The translations under genes were made by a program, and so were the position numbers. The notes below the pieces were generated by a model. The model made no database searches and was not told where the DNA came from. It was given only the letters and a program-made list of their open reading frames with translations. A stretch of DNA of 63,208 nt, counting the filler, from Choristocarpus tenellus KU-1152 (Eukaryota > Protista > Phaeophyceae), in NCBI GenBank assembly GCA_964200185.2. It is 9 parts of 9 records of this genome, joined end to end, with 100 filler letters (N's around TTAATTAATTAA, not from the genome) between each part and the next. Parts side by side here need not be neighbours in the genome. Positions count along the whole stretch, not along the records: positions 25,990 to 34,389 come from CAXNAD020004759.1; positions 34,490 to 41,133 come from CAXNAD020007676.1; 7 more parts are not named here. One strand, 5' to 3'. Of the stretch, positions 25,990 to 38,523 are shown piece after piece (the first letter of the stretch is position 1; the number at the start of each line of letters is the position of its first letter).

Positions 25990-27499
25990 CCCCCCCCATA
26001 TACTTTGACCCAACTGGTGAACATGTCTCCACGACGACCTTGACAATTTGGGGATTGGAGATGAAGGTTGGAGCACTAAGTAGGACTCTAACTAACAGGA
26101 GTGGTATGAATGTGGTTGACAGCACAACGAGGTCCATGGCCGAATGGTATTTTAAAGAAATTGGGTTGTAATGTTCATCACACCAAAGCAGAAACTATGG
26201 TCGCCCAAGCCATCAGCACCACCTTGATCACTGTCTGCTGAATGCCCTTTTCTTTGTGGGCTTATTCTCTTGCGCCCTTTGTTCATTTTGTTTTTGTGTG
26301 ATGGTGTTTTCTCCTGTAGTCTCTATTCTTCCTTTTCATGCATTTTATTTTATTTTTTCCACCTGTTCATTTTCCCTAAATGTTTTCGTTGCCTATTTTC
26401 GACCCGTGTGTATCGCCTTTTTTGAACTACTTTTTCGCCCCACAGGTCTGAGATCCCTGAGACTAATGTGATGATTAAAAAAAATGTGAACAGAGATAAA
26501 AGACCACACATTTGTACATGTATGTGTACAGAGGCTATCGAGAAGGAAAATAAGGAAGATTTATTTTTTTTCAACGTAACTCTTTCCCTACAACAACTTT
26601 AGTCTAACCGATCTCACCATCGTGAAGACCACACTCTCATTCGTCAGTTCAAACAATACATTTAAATTTCATGTGCGTTTTGTCGAGAGTTGAGGAGACC
26701 AGGGGGGTTTGTGTGAGACTCATAACCTGTTGGAACCTGGGATTGAATGGATCGTGCTCTTGTACAGTGGCAGGTTGGTTGTGGTGAAGGGGTGTCATAC
26801 TGCAACGAAGCACTGGTGAATTCATGCTGATGAGCGTAGTGACATGCTTTACACAGTCAGAGGTTGTCTGGTACAGCGATGTAGGGTATTCCTTAGTGCA
26901 TTCAAAGGAAGAGATTCATGCTCTGTGTAGAGGATTGTCACCTTGTGAAGAAGGGTTTTGTGGATGTTTTAAATCTGAATATATTGCATCAGTTGTGTGT
27001 CAGGTACACTTAGTGCAGAGTGAACTCGAGGTCTAAGTAGGGGCAAGGTCAAAACAGAGAAAAAAATAATAATCAACATCTGAGATAAAATCAGGTGGTT
27101 CTGATGTGAAGATAAAAAAAACAAAGAAACAAACTGGAATCAATGTCTGGAACAACTGATATGGCACATATACTATGCTTGTATGTTTGACAGATGTCGA
27201 TTGTTCCACACTTCCTATGCATCATGGAGTTGAAACCGTAATCGATGATCCTATGATGAGGTACCAATAATGGAAATGTGAGGAACGACCAGTAGTGATT
27301 TGCGAATCAACAGTCAGTATGAACTGTAATAGTGTATCGTATCAATGTCACAAAAGATGAGTAGACTGTTTTAACAGGTCAAGATGACCCCTAAATTTGA
27401 TTTTTTTGACAGATAGGGCTTGCACCCCATCACTTGTCTCGCTCATCAACCAGAAAATGCCCTGATTTTACCAAAATAAATAATGTGACACTTTCTTAA

Positions 27500-27684
27500 G
27501 GCTCAGAGTATCTGGGGGGGGGGTGACGGCTGTCCATTTGGGGTCAATTTTCAATTTTTTCATGTCGTGATTTTTGGGTGATTTGGTTTCATACGTCGGA
27601 TGGATAATGTAAATGCGCTTCTTCTTATTTTGGCCCAAATGGAAACCCTGGTCTAGACCCCCCCCCCCCAGATATGTTGGGGCC
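27500..27684 (-). mobile_element. MITE family A
   Basis: GGCTCAGAGTATCTGGGG ... CCCCAGATATGTTGGGGCC; reverse orientation relative to 23703. Confidence 0.85.
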
Positions 27685-27894
27685 AAAGGAGGAAACAGCT
27701 ATTGCGGAGCTCGTTCAAGGCAGCAAGACAGGTTTTGATTCATGTATGACATCAACGGGTCACAGATAAGTTTGACACCAACAGGAAGACATCGACAATA
27801 ATATAAAAGTTCTACAAGGAACAAAAAGGATGCTGTGTTGTGGATCCCGACATATGATTGTGGCGGAAGGGGAATTCAGGCTGCAAGGGCATCA

Positions 27895-28161
27895 GAGTGA
27901 AAGCATCTTAGAGTGTAGGAGTTTTTCCCTGTTTGTCCATTTGGGGCGTGACTTCCCACGTTTTTTTTAAAATGACATTCTACCTACTCCGAAAATTTCG
28001 GAGTAAGTAAAATACATACGATATGAAAAGGTGTGTCTGGGGAATCAAGGATATTGATACTTCCTACTAACAAACACGATATCCAAAAATACATCAAAAT
28101 TTCAAAATTGGATTTTGGTCACCAAACGGACGCGGCTCTACCCTCCAAGATACTTTGACTC
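27895..28161 (-). mobile_element. MITE family B (complete)
   Basis: GAGTGAAAGCATCTTAGAG ... CCAAGATACTTTGACTC, flanked by a perfect 4-bp direct repeat ATCA. Confidence 0.9.
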
Positions 28162-28354
28162 ATCAGCATTAATGATATATGAGAGGGCTGTTGGGAAATA
28201 GTGGATTTAATCTGCCTTGGGGCTTACATTTTTGTTTGGAATCTACTCCCTGCCTCTCCCCAATGGGGGGGAAAGGGTTTGTTGTTTGATATCTCTGGCG
28301 AATGCAACACCCTCTGCTGAGAATGACCTTGCGATTTCGTGCATGGTTGCATTG

Positions 28355-28905
28355 ATGGCCTCTGAGAGGTCAGCGCTCCAAACCATGACTTCAGGCGTCT
28401 CTCTCTAATGGGAGGATAACCTTGAGCATACAAGAGAGTGCTGACTGCCCTACTGTGTGCATTGTGTCGCATCAATAGCCTCTAAGAGGCCAGCCCTGCA
28501 GACGATGGCTTCAGGCTCAAAATATATGGGGGGGAGGTGGCGGCTGTCCATTTGGGGACAATTTTTTCATGTCACAATTTTTGCGAGATTTGGTCGCATA
28601 CGTCGGGGATGGATAATGTAAATGCGCTTTTCCTGGTGGACAAATGGATACCCTGGTGTAGACCCCCCCCCCCTCCCAGATACTTTGGGTCTTCAGGGTC
28701 TCCCTCTAATGGGATAATGACCTTAAGGCTGTGCGCAAGTGTGCTGGTCACCCTATTGTGTGTGCCATGTGCTCATCAATTACTTGTGAGACACCAGTGC
28801 TCCAGATCACCATGGCTTCAGGGTCGGAGGGAATGACTTCAAATCTATGCACGAGAGCGTTGATTGCTTTACCGTTGTGTGTTCTATCATGTACCGCAAT
28901 TACCA
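28355..28905. repeat. Degenerate tandem repeat, ~3 x ~120 bp
   Basis: Recurrent ATGRCTTCAGG...CTAATGGG...GTGCTG...CCCTAYTGTGTG. The second unit is interrupted by a family A MITE. Confidence 0.6.
28514..28691 (-). mobile_element. MITE family A
   Basis: GGCTCAAAATATATGGGG ... CCCAGATACTTTGGGTC flanked by TTCA on both sides. Neighbouring repeat units carry a single TTCA (empty site). Confidence 0.9.
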
Positions 28906-29580
28906 ATACTGTGGGGGGAGGACGGTGAACCGGTCGCTAACTTCTGGATTTACAGGTGTTACCTTGCATGCAATGAAGAGTGTTATAGTCTACGTGACAT
29001 GAGTAATACTTGAGACACGTTTACACCGGATATTACCAAGGAGTATTTGATCGCACCTTAGAGTAGACATAGGTATTCACACCATAGATAAGGAAAAAAT
29101 ATATGGTTGAAGTGAAAAACAAGTGCAAGTCAGGAGTTGTAAGATGGGTTGTCACAACCCTCTCCCATGACCACCTCGTTTCTTGATAATGACCCATTTC
29201 CTGATGATTCCTGGAGCTAGGTGGAAAGCATACACATAAAACGATTTGATTCATGAAAGTTATTCGTGGAGCAATAGCTGTGATGCCAGAGGAAATGAAT
29301 ATAGTCCATAGACATCACGTCTCGTTTACTGAAAATAGTAGTTCAATTTGATTACTTTCGATTTATCGAAAATGTCGCTTACCTGATTTAGTCATACTAT
29401 TAGCAATATATTCTTTGGGTTTACAATAGTAGTTGATCATCGGTAGATTGCGGAGTAATGCGCAAAATTGTATAAAAAATGAAATACGCCGAGGAAAAGA
29501 CTGAGTGAAAAACAAGTGAAGACCAACGACACAACAGGACACAACAGGACACAACAGGTGTGTGTGCAAGACCAGAGAAG

Positions 29581-31035
29581 ATGATGGACGATCAGTTTAT
29601 CAAAGTAGTTGGTATTGTGGTGCCCCTTGGGTGGTTTTCCACGAAACAACTTCATGAAATCCTTTTGACATCCTTGGGAACATGTGTGGAATGCCGGAGC
29701 ATAGCTGCTTTCCACCTAAGGGTCGCAGGTGCTACATCACTCGAACTTCTAGAGGATGGTGGACTTCTAGGACCCAGAAGATCTAATCGAATTTCGCGTG
29801 TACCGCGTCCACACATTCGTGAGTTAACTCTGGAACTAGAGGAGTTCGAATTGGTGTCAAACATCTTCGCAAATGTGAGGGGACATGCTGCGCCTAAGCG
29901 GTTGGCGTTTAACCACAACTTGGACAAGGGGATGGATGAAGTTGCATGGCCTTCAGGAATCCAGTATCTAACCTTCGGTTGCAAATTCAACCAGGCTATC
30001 GAGGGGCTTGCACTTAAGCGGTTGACCTTTGGACGCAACTTCGACGAAGCGATAGATGACGTTGAGTGGCCTTCAGAACTGCAACACCTGACCTTTGGTT
30101 GGAAATTCAACCGATCGATCGAGGGAATTGTGTGGCCGCATGGGCTACAGTATCTAACATTTGGATCGAAATTCAACCAGACGGTGAAAGGTGTTACGTG
30201 GCCGACTGGGCTACGGCATCTGACGTTCGGGGTTGATTTTAACCAGGCCATAGATGGGGTTGTGTGGCCGACTGGGCTCAAAAAATTGACCTTTGGACGT
30301 AAATTTTCCCAAGCCATAGATGGGGTTGTGTGGCCTGCTGGACTACAGCAGCTGACGTTTGGAGTTAATTTTAACCAAGCAGTAGATACGGTGGGGTGGC
30401 CAGCTGGGCTGCAGCAGCTGACCTTTGGAGTTAACTTTGATCAGGCTGTGGATGGAGTTGTGTGGCCTACTGGGCTCAAGAAAATGATCTTTGGGCGCCG
30501 TTTCAACCAGGCGGTTGATAGGGTTGTCTGGCCTGCTGAGCTCCAGCAGCTGACCTTTGGGATTGATTTTAACCAGGAGATACAAGGAGTTGTATGGCCG
30601 GCTGGTCTCCAGCAGCTGTCTTTTGGTGACTGGTTTAACCAATCCATAGACAAAGTTGTGTGGCCGTCTGGTCTCCAGCAGCTCACCTTCGGGTATCATT
30701 TTGACCATGTGATAGATAAAGTTGTGTGGCCGACTGGGCTTAAGCAGTTGACTTTCGGAGTTGATTTTGATCAGGCCGTGGATAATGTTTCATGGCCAGC
30801 TGGACTGAAAGAGCTGACTTTTGGATATCATTTTAACCGGCCGATACATGGAGTTGCGTGGCCTACTGGACTAGAGCGACTGACATTTGGGAAACGCTTT
30901 GACCAGGCTTTGGTTGGGGTTGTTTGGCCAAACGGGATACAGCATCTGACCTTTCAAGGGCTTCTTGAGCACGTGGCAATTGGGGTTAAGTGGCCACGTA
31001 GCTTGCGGAAGCTAACATTTGGTGCTTATGCGTAG
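29581..31035 (+). CDS. FNIP-type 22-aa repeat protein, intronless
   Basis: Uninterrupted ORF (first ATG 29581; the ORF track extends it to a GTG at 29560) with ~17 tandem units FNQAIDGVVWPxGLQQLTFGxx after a ~110-aa non-repeat N-terminus. Confidence 0.9.
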   Translation: MMDDQFIKVVGIVVPLGWFSTKQLHEILLTSLGTCVECRSIAAFHLRVAGATSLELLEDGGLLGPRRSNRISRVPRPHIRELTLELEEFELVSNIFANVRGHAAPKRLAFNHNLDKGMDEVAWPSGIQYLTFGCKFNQAIEGLALKRLTFGRNFDEAIDDVEWPSELQHLTFGWKFNRSIEGIVWPHGLQYLTFGSKFNQTVKGVTWPTGLRHLTFGVDFNQAIDGVVWPTGLKKLTFGRKFSQAIDGVVWPAGLQQLTFGVNFNQAVDTVGWPAGLQQLTFGVNFDQAVDGVVWPTGLKKMIFGRRFNQAVDRVVWPAELQQLTFGIDFNQEIQGVVWPAGLQQLSFGDWFNQSIDKVVWPSGLQQLTFGYHFDHVIDKVVWPTGLKQLTFGVDFDQAVDNVSWPAGLKELTFGYHFNRPIHGVAWPTGLERLTFGKRFDQALVGVVWPNGIQHLTFQGLLEHVAIGVKWPRSLRKLTFGAYA

Positions 31036-31575
31036 GTTGAAGATGGGTTCTGTTGTCTACAGGGTTCCAGCAGGAGGCTATGTTCATGAGGCGATCAATA
31101 GGTCTGAGTTTTGCTGCTAGTGGGTCTTAGAAAATGACCAGTTGAAGTATTTTCAATAAGTTGCTGAAAGTGTTGTGGCAGGCCGGACTGCAGTATGTAT
31201 CTTTGGATATTTTCATTTTCCAGGAAATGGGGTGGTGTGGATGCCGACCCAGAACAGCGTCCTTCGCTGATATTGATGACTAGTAGGTGAGTGGAATTTC
31301 ATCACTTGCATGGATGCAGAAGTCGACCTTCTGTGCTTAATGTCCACAGCACAGTGACGATCAGATATCAGCTGTAGGACCAGGCATTCAAGTTTTGTTG
31401 ATAACTTTCAATCATGGATTAATAGACTTTGTGACTGAAAGTTTCGTTGACTGGGCATTGGGTGGAGATGGGAAGCCATCTGAATTCCAGCAGCTGACAT
31501 TAGGTCTAGCAAGGTGTAGTGTTGTGACTGACTTCGACTCTGGAAGCTGATCTTTGGCAATTTCTTTCAACATTT
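31036..31575 (+). pseudogene. Decayed FNIP-repeat relics downstream of the stop codon
   Basis: Scattered repeat-like DNA, out of frame or with stops: GTTGTGGCAGGCCGGACTGCAGTATGTATCTTTGGA, CCATCTGAATTCCAGCAGCTGACATTAGG, AAGCTGATCTTTGGC. Confidence 0.55.
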
Positions 31576-32603
31576 ATTTGGGGATGAGATATGTTTGACT
31601 TGTTGTATTGCTTTGGGAGTTGAACCTCAAGGTGTGATTTCAAGAGAAAAATCGCCGTCATGGAACGATATTGTAGTTTTGAGGTTCTGTTTCTTTGTCT
31701 TGCTTGTAATGATAGTAATAGGTATTTTCAATGGTAAGAAAAAATTTCAAGGAAAACTCTGGAAAGTTTCCAATATAGTCTGTATGCTTGTGTGAGGTAT
31801 TTCGAATTCCGAAGGTTAATCTCTTGTACTCCAATACATACATGCACTGTTCAATAGTTCCACATTTGCAAATTCTGCCTACACACTTGACTGTGACCGT
31901 ACTCTTTTGGAGTATCCACCATCATGTATTCGGATATTTGCTCAGGTAACGTTGGACTTCAGGAATTCTCTCGCCCTAGAGGTGATGTCATCTTAATGCA
32001 GACGCCTCTCTGTCAAAGGGCACTTCTTTTTTGTGGAAACGGGGACGTTTTCTCTTTGCCAACAAGTGCAGATAGTAACTTCAGTATCAAATTCCACTAA
32101 ATTTACTATCCAAAAATATATGTGTTCATGCTTTTATTTTCTAATTATTGCATCCTACATCATTTTAGGTATGTCAGGGCAACGTTATTTTGTCACTACC
32201 TTACTAGAGTTGTTGTGACCTTGCAGGCGTGTAGAGGAGGTTTCATCACCTCTTGTCCTCAACAGTACAGGCTTGGGTGGCCTAGCTGAATGATTGATGC
32301 AGGTGGGTCGTGGACAATAGTTAATGAGAGAGATGGAACGCCTGATGGATTTAGAACCTATTGATAATTTTATTTATGGATTTTTCTTTGCATTAATCTG
32401 ACATATCTCAAAATCATAGTCAAAAAGTAGCTAGAGGAGAAGCAACGACACAATGCTCGGAGTAATCCGGAGGTGTACGTGTTTCTGGGACATGATCTGA
32501 AGGCAGAGTTAGCTGTTTCACGGATACATTTGAACGTTTGTGCAAAGGTCACTCCGTCCCATTTAGCGTAAGAACACCATCGATTCATACACAACCACAT
32601 ATA

Positions 32604-33437
32604 TTAATCCATTTCAATGAAGTCGTAATCCTGGGGAAGCAAGTCACTCTCCCCAACTCCAATTCCCTCGAAGTTCAAACCATTAGATCGATAATCGATC
32701 TTTGAATGTATAAGATCAACAGTACCTTTTCGGAAAAAATCAACCCCTCTCTGTTTGGATGTCTCGATGCATTACCTATGCAAATAGTTAAACATAATTT
32801 CCATTGCTGCTTCTTTAAATGTGGGGTCGTCCAAAGGACATATTATGTTGTTGGAAGTGTAAGCATTTGTATATACTTGGTGAAATCTAACTTGGCTGAC
32901 CCTTGCTGATTAATAAAATAAATAAGAAGTAATGTCTCCAGTTATATGTAGTAGGATACGAGTGAAGCATACAGCACTGCACAAGGCACATTGACCCCAT
33001 GTTAGTACAGGTCCATAAACACGAACAACGTGTTTGGAGTGAGCTTTCCTTCTTCTCAATTATACTTGTAATAGTAGGCAACGAAGGTATTTGGGACACA
33101 CTTCACGTGTTTCAAAATGGGCATCATGGAAGTTGACAAACTCTTCTCACTTTGAGTCAAACCAACTCAGAGGTGTAGGCAGGGTTGTATTTAAGGATCC
33201 CCAGGAAGGACAAAATTATATGCCATTTTGTTCAATTGCAGAGTATTTGCTTATTTGTAGTGTCATGTTGTGTGTGGAAAGGGGGACTATCGATTTTGGG
33301 TTCAAACCATCATCCACATAAAGCAATGAAATAGAATGTATTGTACAGGGTAGTAACTTTGTCTTGGAATGCAAAAGGGTTCAAACCTGCCTACGTCTCA
33401 ATTGATTTGACTCTTTACTGGGACAAATAGAAGTTAT
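32604..33437 (-). CDS. Possible terminal exons of an unidentified gene
   Basis: Candidate AG-flanked last exon 32750-32604 (RGVDFFRKGTVDLIHSKIDYRSNGLNFEGIGVGESDLLPQDYDFIEMD*) and a phase-compatible 51-bp exon 33437-33387. No recognisable domain. Confidence 0.25.
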
Positions 33438-34389
33438 CTGTTCTTATTCATTCGATGGCGTAAATCTCAAGAAGCTTTTATAAAATTGCTTATATGACAG
33501 CGATAATTTTCGAGGACACTGACTCATTCCTTTACCAACTACCATGGTCTGTCAATATTATATCAATATTGTCAATATTAGATGAATACTCAAAAGCACG
33601 CAAGAATAATACAAAAACTTCTCACCTGAATTCCTTGCCAGCATTAACAGCTAGTACACACTACATTTTATGGTGTATTCTGTATGTTGAATGTGCGTTT
33701 CATGGGATTGTATAACCAGAGTAGTAAGGTCCATACGGCCATGTGTTCCATATAGAAAGCTCAAGCACCTCCCTCTCTTCTCCAAATACGAATGTTTCTG
33801 GGATTAAGCTAAATAGGACTTTTAGTTTTTTATCGTTTTTTCGCAAGACGATTGGCATGCTAAAGTGCTCTGTCGACTGAGACGGGCAGACAAACCACCT
33901 TACTGACCTCTCCAAATATGTGAGTATGTCTCCCTTTGAGCTGACGAGTATTCAGAACTAATAAGCGGTTTGGCCGACACCAGATACTCTAAATTTCTAT
34001 TGATCTACACCAGATATTGCGCTACCTCAGCCTATATAGGCATGCTGATTCTGGAGGGGCAGTGTTGAAACCTGAATCGAATGCATCGTACATGAAAACA
34101 AAATGCGCACACTACGAGTGATGAGGAATCATGGTGTTGCAAAGCACCGATGAGTGGTATGTGTAGTCTATGTTATGGATAGGTGTGATTGTGCTGCAAA
34201 GCACCGATGTATTTATTCTGTTGTAACTGAGGTCATTGATCTCTCAGTCAAGAATGATGCGATATGAATTCAGTGTTCTTGGTTGCTCAATCCAGAATGA
34301 TGTGATGTGAATTCAGTGTTCTTTCATGTGATACTCAACAAAAGAAGTCCATGCTCTGCGGAGAAGCTTGTTACCTTGACTGACAAGGG

Positions 34390-34489
34390 NNNNNNNNNNN
34401 NNNNNNNNNNNNNNNNNNNNNNNNNNNNNNNNNTTAATTAATTAANNNNNNNNNNNNNNNNNNNNNNNNNNNNNNNNNNNNNNNNNNNN
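34390..34489. other. Artificial contig linker
   Basis: 44 N + TTAATTAATTAA + 44 N. Confidence 0.97.
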
Positions 34490-37400
34490 GTACTTTTTTT
34501 TTTTTGTTTTCGCAAAACAACCATCCTCATAGTCCTGCACCATCCTCAATTTTGAGAAAGACCTGTTAAAGGGCAAAAATATGCCACTTTGTAAAATAAT
34601 TACACAAAGTGGCTTTGCTGAATTGTGGTGTCGCTTTGTGTGTGGAAAGGGGGAATATCAATTTTTCGTACATTATTGTGTACATGAAGCAATTAAATAG
34701 ACCTGCCTACTTCTTAATTATATATGCAATGGGAAGTGGAACATTGGAGGCGTTTGACATTGCTCTTCCAATACCTCATCCATAATGCACCAAAAACGCA
34801 AGTTGCAAGTAATACGAAAATATCCAAATGCACTCTAAGGTACATCTTTCTTTTTCTGCTTTGTGTTCTCATTTGCATTGCTGAACAACAAATCCACTGT
34901 TACTACCTAAGTTGGAAGAAGCAGTAGCAATTTGAAAGTACCTGAACGGGACAAAGTTTATAGTCCAATCTTCCGGCCTGCATTGTATTTCCAAAGCGCT
35001 CAAGAAGAACAGTTAATATTGATACTTCCAAGTTCTTTGCAACATGCGACTATGTTGAAAAAAACATAATTATCTACATAGCTATCCGTCCAAAGATACG
35101 CTTCGAGTCATAGAGATAGAGGGTGAGAGCCCATTCAGAGCATTACACTCGACCGGACACTCCACTCTCTATGAAACTGTGGTACAATGAACATGTGGTA
35201 ATTGAGGCGAAAGAAGATGCTTTGCCACCACAATTCAACTTCTTCTTGCAACACGCACAATTCCTTCACCTTCCATACCCCTTCCTCTTTGCAGCTACAC
35301 AACATCTCCGTCCTCTGTTCCTCCTTCACGCTCCAGGAGGACCACAACATGAATGCCTTGCCGTTCCTTGTGAATTTCCAGATTCCCCAAAGAGAAGAAA
35401 ATCGTCAGCCCTCACCAGGTTATGTTCCCAGATTTAATTGTCACAAGTGCACACCACACGCAATTCACCATCCTGAACGAAGAGTAGGTGAGATACTAGG
35501 GCGTTTGCACAGATACATATTGCACTATAGAAATCTCCATACTCCCATATACAAGGGAGGTGCCTAATAAAAAAAATTGAAGAAAATTCCAGATGGACAC
35601 ATGCTCTAGTGAAATACCTCATTTGATGAGGTATATAGAGATTTTGAGGTTCAATACAAATCTGATTGTTGGGTCCAGTGAAGGATTGGAAGGAGTGAGT
35701 TGCTGGTAGGTGCAGATATAGGTTGTCGAGTCTACTCAACCATACCACAATGGATGCAATACCAGAGCCTCCCACCACTGGGCCGCATAGGTCTGAAGTA
35801 TTACTGTTTACCAACGAAACTCCTTGGAACTTGATACCATTAGTTCTCTTGAACCCAGAGTTTGTTGGAACAGACAAAGCATTGACTTCTGACTTACAGT
35901 GGAGTCGCTGTGTACTACTGACATAACTACTATCCATCAGAGTAACTATAGTCTATCACATGCTTATTGATCCGTGCATTTCAATATAGATGTACATAGC
36001 ATTATATTGGTGTACATACAGCTATTACAAAAGTTACGAGAATATGCACGAATTCAGGAAGTGATCACAATCAATGCTCAGTCGTGATGCACCCTTGGTG
36101 CCAGCCACATCAGGCAAGTAAGATCCAGTAGATGAACGACTACGAACTAGCCGTTTTTGCATTATAACTATTTGCACTGGTCCGTGCAAGTCTAGATTTT
36201 TTCTCATACATTAGGTTGAGTCATCCCATCAGTTTTCCCTCCACCTCCTCAATGAAGGTGAACTAGAAACGGATAGCCTACATAAAAGAAGTCGGTTCTT
36301 CAAATCCAAGGGGTCACAAAATAAGATATCAATACTTGTCATGTATTGTGTGCGGGGGTGAAGAAGATTGGAGTTGAAGGGTCGATACTACTACGTGTTT
36401 TTGAGTAGGGCACCAATGGTCGGCATTGAGCGAGAATATACCTTCTTGTGATCGCTATACTTAGAAAAAATTAAGAAGCTCGCAAGTTCATTGGGTCATT
36501 GTCTCCCAAACACAACGCATGGTGTGTGTGTGATATCTTGAAAAAATTATAGATACAACCGTTCCGAGGGGAGATACTTCTTCCTTTCCCTCTTACATCT
36601 TCAAATAACTACAGTGAGAGATGGAAGGAAAGGGAGGCAGTATGACAATAAGTAGTACATGCAGGTACAAGAAAAATTGGTATGATGTAGTTACAACTGT
36701 CCTCATGCTACAGTTAGCTAGTTACTGATACCTTCCCAAATCTATGTGTAGTCGCCCTTCGCTTGAATTAATAGGGTAGGCAGGCATATAGTGGTGTTCA
36801 ACAAACGTAGAAATCTTCAAGTAGCATCTTCTGGCACCAGATGTGATGTAGTTCAAAATCGCACTGGTAGCATGCTATTGATAACAATACAAGTAGTCTA
36901 ACAGAACAGGAATCAGTCATTTGACTGGGCAAGCACTCGCTCTTTGTCTCACCAATCACATTTATGTGGCTAATACATCATAATAGCAAAATGGCACGAG
37001 GAAATATAACTAAGAATAACACACACTAAAAAAATTCCAGTTCTGAAATCTAAATCAAGGATCCATTCTTCACTTCCAAACCATCCAGTTGAGATTATTC
37101 CGTGACCAATTAGACAACCACAAAACAGACCACTAAACTTACACCCACCACTGTGCATCAACTAGGACTCTTATGAAGATATAGACAAAAAGTATACCCC
37201 TCGATCCTGAGCTTTCCAATTCCCTACTCCAAGTCTATAGATTCTCAGGATTCAAAGGGCAGTAACACACAAAATGAAAATTTGACACTCCAAAAATATG
37301 AAAAAGACCAGTCTAGAATCCACACTTTGAGGTGTTAACTACTTAAACTATTCCTCAGAAAATATACCATCGCCTGCAATCATTACCTCCACCAGCAATA

Positions 37401-37941
37401 CACACTTGTACCCAGAAGGAAGCCAGCTTTAAGTGAGTTGGCCTTTGTGTACAGTATTCACAGGGTGGGAGGACTTCTTACTTGGCCTCAAGGTGGGAGG
37501 CACATATTTGATGACAATGATCCTTGTAAATAATGAATCCCTGTTGGTGGAGGTAGCTCAGTCAATCATTGACGCAGCTGGAACAAATGCAACTCCTTGC
37601 TTGGAATACTGAGTGGTGGAAGTCACCACGTGTGTTGCACTAACTGGTGTACAGCATAGCTGGGGTGTCATCCTGTGGCTGTTCACCTCCATGGTTCAAT
37701 CACACTATCCAAAACATACAACCAGTGTTAAATGTCATCATGGGAAACGAGCAAAACATTTAAAGGTATTGTAAATATATATATATATATATATATATTT
37801 TTACATAGGCAAAAAGATCACTCATAGGGGCAAGCAGCACATTGCCCATGAACAACGCAACCCCATCTACCCTCCTCCAACCTCCCCCCTCCCACCTTCT
37901 CATCATCCCACTACAGGCAACTGTTCTAGGCAACAACTACT

Positions 37942-38490
37942 TCATTCCTGTGCTGTCCTGGGCAAAAGACCTCGAGCAATGCGTCTCCGTTCCCTAGCAC
38001 CACCTGTCTGTACTTCAGCAGCAACTGCCGTCTCATTGGCAGCATTCGCACCACTCAAGTTTGACCCGGTCACCCCTGTTTCCTTCCTTTCCCTCAATTC
38101 CATGTTCAATCCTCCTGGTCCTCTAGCCTTGTCCCTTGCAGCGCCCTTTCCTTTGTCTCTAGCCTTGGCTTCCTCAGTCTTGAACTTGATATTGATCCCA
38201 TCAAGTTGCTTGAGAACATCCGCTGTTAACGCAACCTTGGCAACTCCACCTGGCTTCACCTTCCCCATTCTGAACGGACCAAACCTTGTTCGTATCAAGC
38301 GATTCACCTTGAGGTAGAGGTGAGCACAGATCTTTCGAATTTGCCGGTTCTGTCGCACCGGTTGCAACGTATTTGCATAGGGTTTTTTTTTTGGGGGGGG
38401 GGGGAAGGGGGGGGGGGGGTGTTGAATCAGTCNNNNNNNNNNCTCTTTGGGCCCCCCCCCGGGCCTTCTCTTTCCGTGTGGGGTGGGGGT

Positions 38491-38523
<33 letters not shown>

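Noticed and set aside
29652-30708. Antisense ORFs over the FNIP gene
   Set aside because: They are shadows of the repetitive sense-strand ORF.
35200-35940. Cys-rich fragment (CSCK..NCACCKKKLNC) resembling CXC tails of integrase-type transposons
   Set aside because: It requires frameshifts and no supporting catalytic motifs are legible.
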